DNA from: Veleropilina oligotropha
Taxonomy: Eukaryota
Assembly (NCBI GenBank): GCA_048128005.1
Contig: JBEUKZ010000077.1
Coordinates: forward strand, 62,001-126,000
Length of the DNA stretch: 64,000 nucleotides
Direction: 5' to 3'
The notes beneath the pieces were generated by a model. It searched no databases. It saw nothing but the letters and a program-made list of their open reading frames with translations, and was not told the DNA's origin. Positions 60,675 through 64,000 of the stretch are shown here, one piece after another. The first letter of the stretch is position 1. Every line of letters starts with the position of its first letter. The translations under genes were made by a program, and so were the position numbers.

Positions 60675-62579
60675 GGCATGTAGCCCCGAATTTATTTTTT
60701 ACAATAAAAGAACGTAGATGCGATGTCCTGCACTATATATCATTTACATTGTCAACTTTAATCATTTAAATTAGACTTTGATTGACAGAAAATATGATCT
60801 AAAATAAGGAAATATGTCAAGAATTTACATACTCTTCATTGATGAAATTATAGTTAGCGTCGAATATGGCATAAATACCGATAATGGGTTTCTTACGACT
60901 CGTTATTCTAGAATTTGAATTATATACTACCCTACATATACAGCCCTCGCAATTAGGAAAAATCCAGGTCGGCAAATTTTGCCGACCTCAAGTCCAACGA
61001 GGTCGGCAAATTTTGTATAACTGTTCTGTTAACACAATGCTTAAATCTTGTTTAAATAGATAATTTAAGAATGTTTTAACCGTTGGTTCTGTGTATATTT
61101 ATCTTGAATTAATTTGCTATTTAGCCAAAATATGATATTGTTTAAATTTTGAGCGAACTGGAGACTCCCACACACGCGGCATCGCGCACGTGTTACCGTC
61201 TACCTCACCTGTTCGCGTGACGAATATTGAGTAGCAATATCTTTTTTTAAATCTCCATTTGGTAGATGATAAAGTGACAATAGAATCAGCAAATATCTTT
61301 ATTTACAATAAGCGCATGGAATAAATATATGACAGGCAGTTTCACGCTCATGAATCTTATTGTTATCAAATTGTACACGTTATTTCTGCCCATTGGCCGT
61401 GGTCACTAATCGCGTACCCCGCAGCGACCGAAGCACTGCGTGTTCATATAAAGTTCATAAGTCTCTAAATCTATTTAAATTAATATTTAATCATTACATG
61501 GTGTCTTAAATTTGTTATATGCAGTTTTATCCCAAAAAAAGATTACCACATTGTAAGTTGGAAACATAACACGAGACAATTTTCAAATCATCCAAGCTAT
61601 AAACGTATTATTTTGGAAACGCGATTTGAATCCGTGACCTAGTAATTTATAAATAGCGTAATATGTGCGAATGGAGCACTTGAGTGTTGAAAACTTGTGA
61701 TGTTAACGATTTATTTTTGAACATTTCAACCAGGATGCACAATATACAAAGTAGGTAAAGAGATGCAACTTAACAAGTTATGAATAAATATTGTAATTAG
61801 TATAATATATATATATATGAACAGACCTTTTAGCAAGATAAATCGAGGTCAGCAAATTTTTGCCGACCTCTTACGCTTGCAGGTCGGCATTGCCGAATGC
61901 CGACTTTAATTCCGAGGGCTGCATATACTTGAGTAGGCTAGGCTATAATATTCATAGGCGGATCCAGGAATTTGTGGTGGGAGGTCCAAATCCGTGGGTC
62001 AATGGTCTAAATATTTTATTGACGGTCAGTGGAAGAAAATACTGATAATTAACGGAGTGAAACCCCTTCTACTGAAAATGCAAATAGGGTGTAATGGGTA
62101 AGGGGGCATGTACCCCCAAATTTGTTTTTTACAATAAAAGGTCGTAGATGCGATGTCTGGCACTATATATCATTTACATTGTCAACTTTAATGGACAGAA
62201 AATATGATCTAAAATAAGGAAATATGTCAAGAATTTACATACCCTTCATTGATGAAATTATAGTTAGCATCTAATATGGCATAAATACCGATAATGGGTT
62301 TCTTACGACTCGTTATTCTAAAATTTGAATTATAATACTACAATTTATATCGTATATATTGCAAACTGTTAATACTTCCACACAGAAATGAATTAGTACG
62401 GTCCCTACATATAACTTGAGTAGGCTAGGCTATAATATTCATAGGCGGATCCAGGAATTTGTGGTGGGAGGTCCAAATCCGTGGGTCAATGGTCTAAATA
62501 TTTTATTGACCGTGAGTGGAAGAAAATACTGATAATTAACGGTGTGAAACCCCTTCTACTGAGAATGCAAATAGGGTGT
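60675..62579. repeat. Local tandem duplication (~60675-62092 and ~62104-62579)
   Basis: Colinear near-identical blocks; first copy carries a 981-bp insertion, second an extra ~60 bp. Confidence 0.85.
60941..61921. mobile_element. Non-autonomous TIR element (CAGCCCTCG.AATTA ... TAATT.CGAGGGCTG) with subterminal GGTCGGCAAATTTTGCCGACC palindromes
   Basis: CATATA on both flanks; empty site CCCTACATATAACTTGAG at ~62403 in the duplicated block. Confidence 0.8.
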
Positions 62580-62807
62580 TTTACGAACATACATTTCTGC
62601 GAGTGTGTCTTTTTACTCAAATAATCGTATATTCAATCAAATAAAGTGGTGTCCATGAACTAAAAAGACGTAAACATGTTATCCTTCTACATTAATAATG
62701 TTTAATATTAATACTAGAGCTTTCGAAATAAGAAAATATTTTAACATGCTAGTCGTATTTCAGGTCACAATTGGACATATGAAATATGGGTATAGGTCTA
62801 TAGTGGG

Positions 62808-63265
62808 TAGAGGCACATCGATGCATCGCGATTTCTGGTTTTACGATACGAACCGCGATACAAATTGATGGATTGGCAGGCGTCAAGGTGTTATCATTAG
62901 CACATTAGCACATGCTTTTGAAAAGCGTTTTGCTGGAAAGTCGATCCTGAACGCAAGGCTGCGATGTTGAAACAGTGAATAGTTTGTTGTCTTGGTTACC
63001 GCGTGAAAACAATGTCTTCCATCGATATAACTTTAGAAAAACCCTCCATGTCTATTTACAAGTCAGTGGTGTGGCAGTATTTTGGATTTCCAATGGATGA
63101 AGATAATGGAATTAGGACAGTATATTATCTCATATACATGTTATTGAAATCTAGTAATGCGTACTAACGTAATACTTAGGATGTATAGTCGTGATACGTA
63201 TCGTATTGCGGGGGTGTATCGCGATACGCAATGTATCGTGGCGTCACTGTATTGTTGCACCTCTA
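62808..63265 (+). mobile_element. hAT-type deletion derivative/MITE
   Basis: TAGAGG...CCTCTA termini, 8-bp TSD ATAGTGGG, subterminal CGATAC repeats, BED-finger-like remnant KSVVWQYFGF at ~63060. Confidence 0.82.
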
Positions 63266-63438
63266 ATAGTGGGTATGCTATAATTGACCCTTAATGTTAC
63301 TATTGATCATTCAACAGGCCTTCTGTGGATGCATGCTAATGGCATGTTGAGCTGTAATTGAAATAAATTTAAGTTGGTGATTTTTGTTTTCTTTCAGAGT
63401 CAATTGTTCCTTTTACTTCAAGATTGGAGCTTGTCGCC

Positions 63439-63485
63439 ATGGAGAAAGGTGTTCCAGGCTTCACAATAAACCCACTTTTAGCCAG
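63439..63485 (+). CDS. Probable first coding exon of an unidentified gene ([15 protein letters not shown]...), exon 63398-63485
   Basis: Strong acceptor tttgttttctttcag, Kozak GCCATGG, donor CAG|gtattg; candidate upstream UTR donor gtaagt near 58272. No homology recognised. Confidence 0.5.
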
Positions 63486-64000
63486 GTATTGTTCGCATAA
63501 TAATTTGATTTTTAACAAAATTATTATGTGCTACCACAAGCATCAATGAAATTTATCAATAGTTAATAGCAAGGTGCCGACTGAAGCTACACTGACAATT
63601 TCTGACTGAAAAATAGTTAAAATATTGTAATAAATCTTAATTAACAACACATCAGGCCAATCAGGTACCCATTCAGTTTGACTGACCAGGTTAAGCCGGG
63701 GATAGATTTTTTACGCGAATCGATTCGCCTTAAGAGTCGCGCAAGATGGCACATGGGCGAATCAATCTTGATTCGCGCAAAAATATGGCCGAAAATGTGT
63801 AATTCTAACATTTTTATCTTGCAATCGCCCAGTCTGTCTGTCTGTATGTAATCGATATCAATTCCGGAGCATATCTCTTACACCACTCGACATAACTTTA
63901 CGATACTTGCAGGGTGTATTCAGTAGTCGGTGAACTGGTGCCTTTTGCCAGTTTCGACGTTGACCGGTGATTATTAACAGAGTTACTGCCCTTGTTGTAA

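Overview
Intron-rich, AT-rich animal (invertebrate-type) genomic DNA, not prokaryotic. Two conserved host genes point away from each other: the 5' part of a TUT1/Star-PAP-like gene (zinc finger + RRM; minus strand; coding exons 12015-11973, 3087-2897, 2263-2018, continuing left of the window) and a complete 7-exon ETHE1-type persulfide dioxygenase (plus strand, 23327-42030, about 303 aa). A probable first coding exon of a third gene lies at 63398-63485. Each host gene carries a ~7.2-7.3 kb DIRS1-like tyrosine-recombinase retrotransposon in sense orientation in an intron (4473-11798 minus; 34505-41721 plus), with ITRs, internal complementary region, gag, RT-RNaseH-MT and YR ORFs; both copies are damaged. 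The rest is nested mobile DNA (two Academ elements, a CR1-type LINE split by a Harbinger-like and an AcademX insertion, RTE and other LINE fragments, SINEs, MITEs/foldbacks with readable target-site duplications) and six 27-49 bp minisatellites. The most interesting signal comes from comparing the two DIRS copies: their non-coding 5' and 3' regions keep two nested long-range complementary blocks ~6 kb apart plus local hairpins, with compensatory base changes, outside the known ITR/ICR system; gag is also in frame with the YR ORF across a single TAG. All alignments were done by eye; no searches or folding programs were run.
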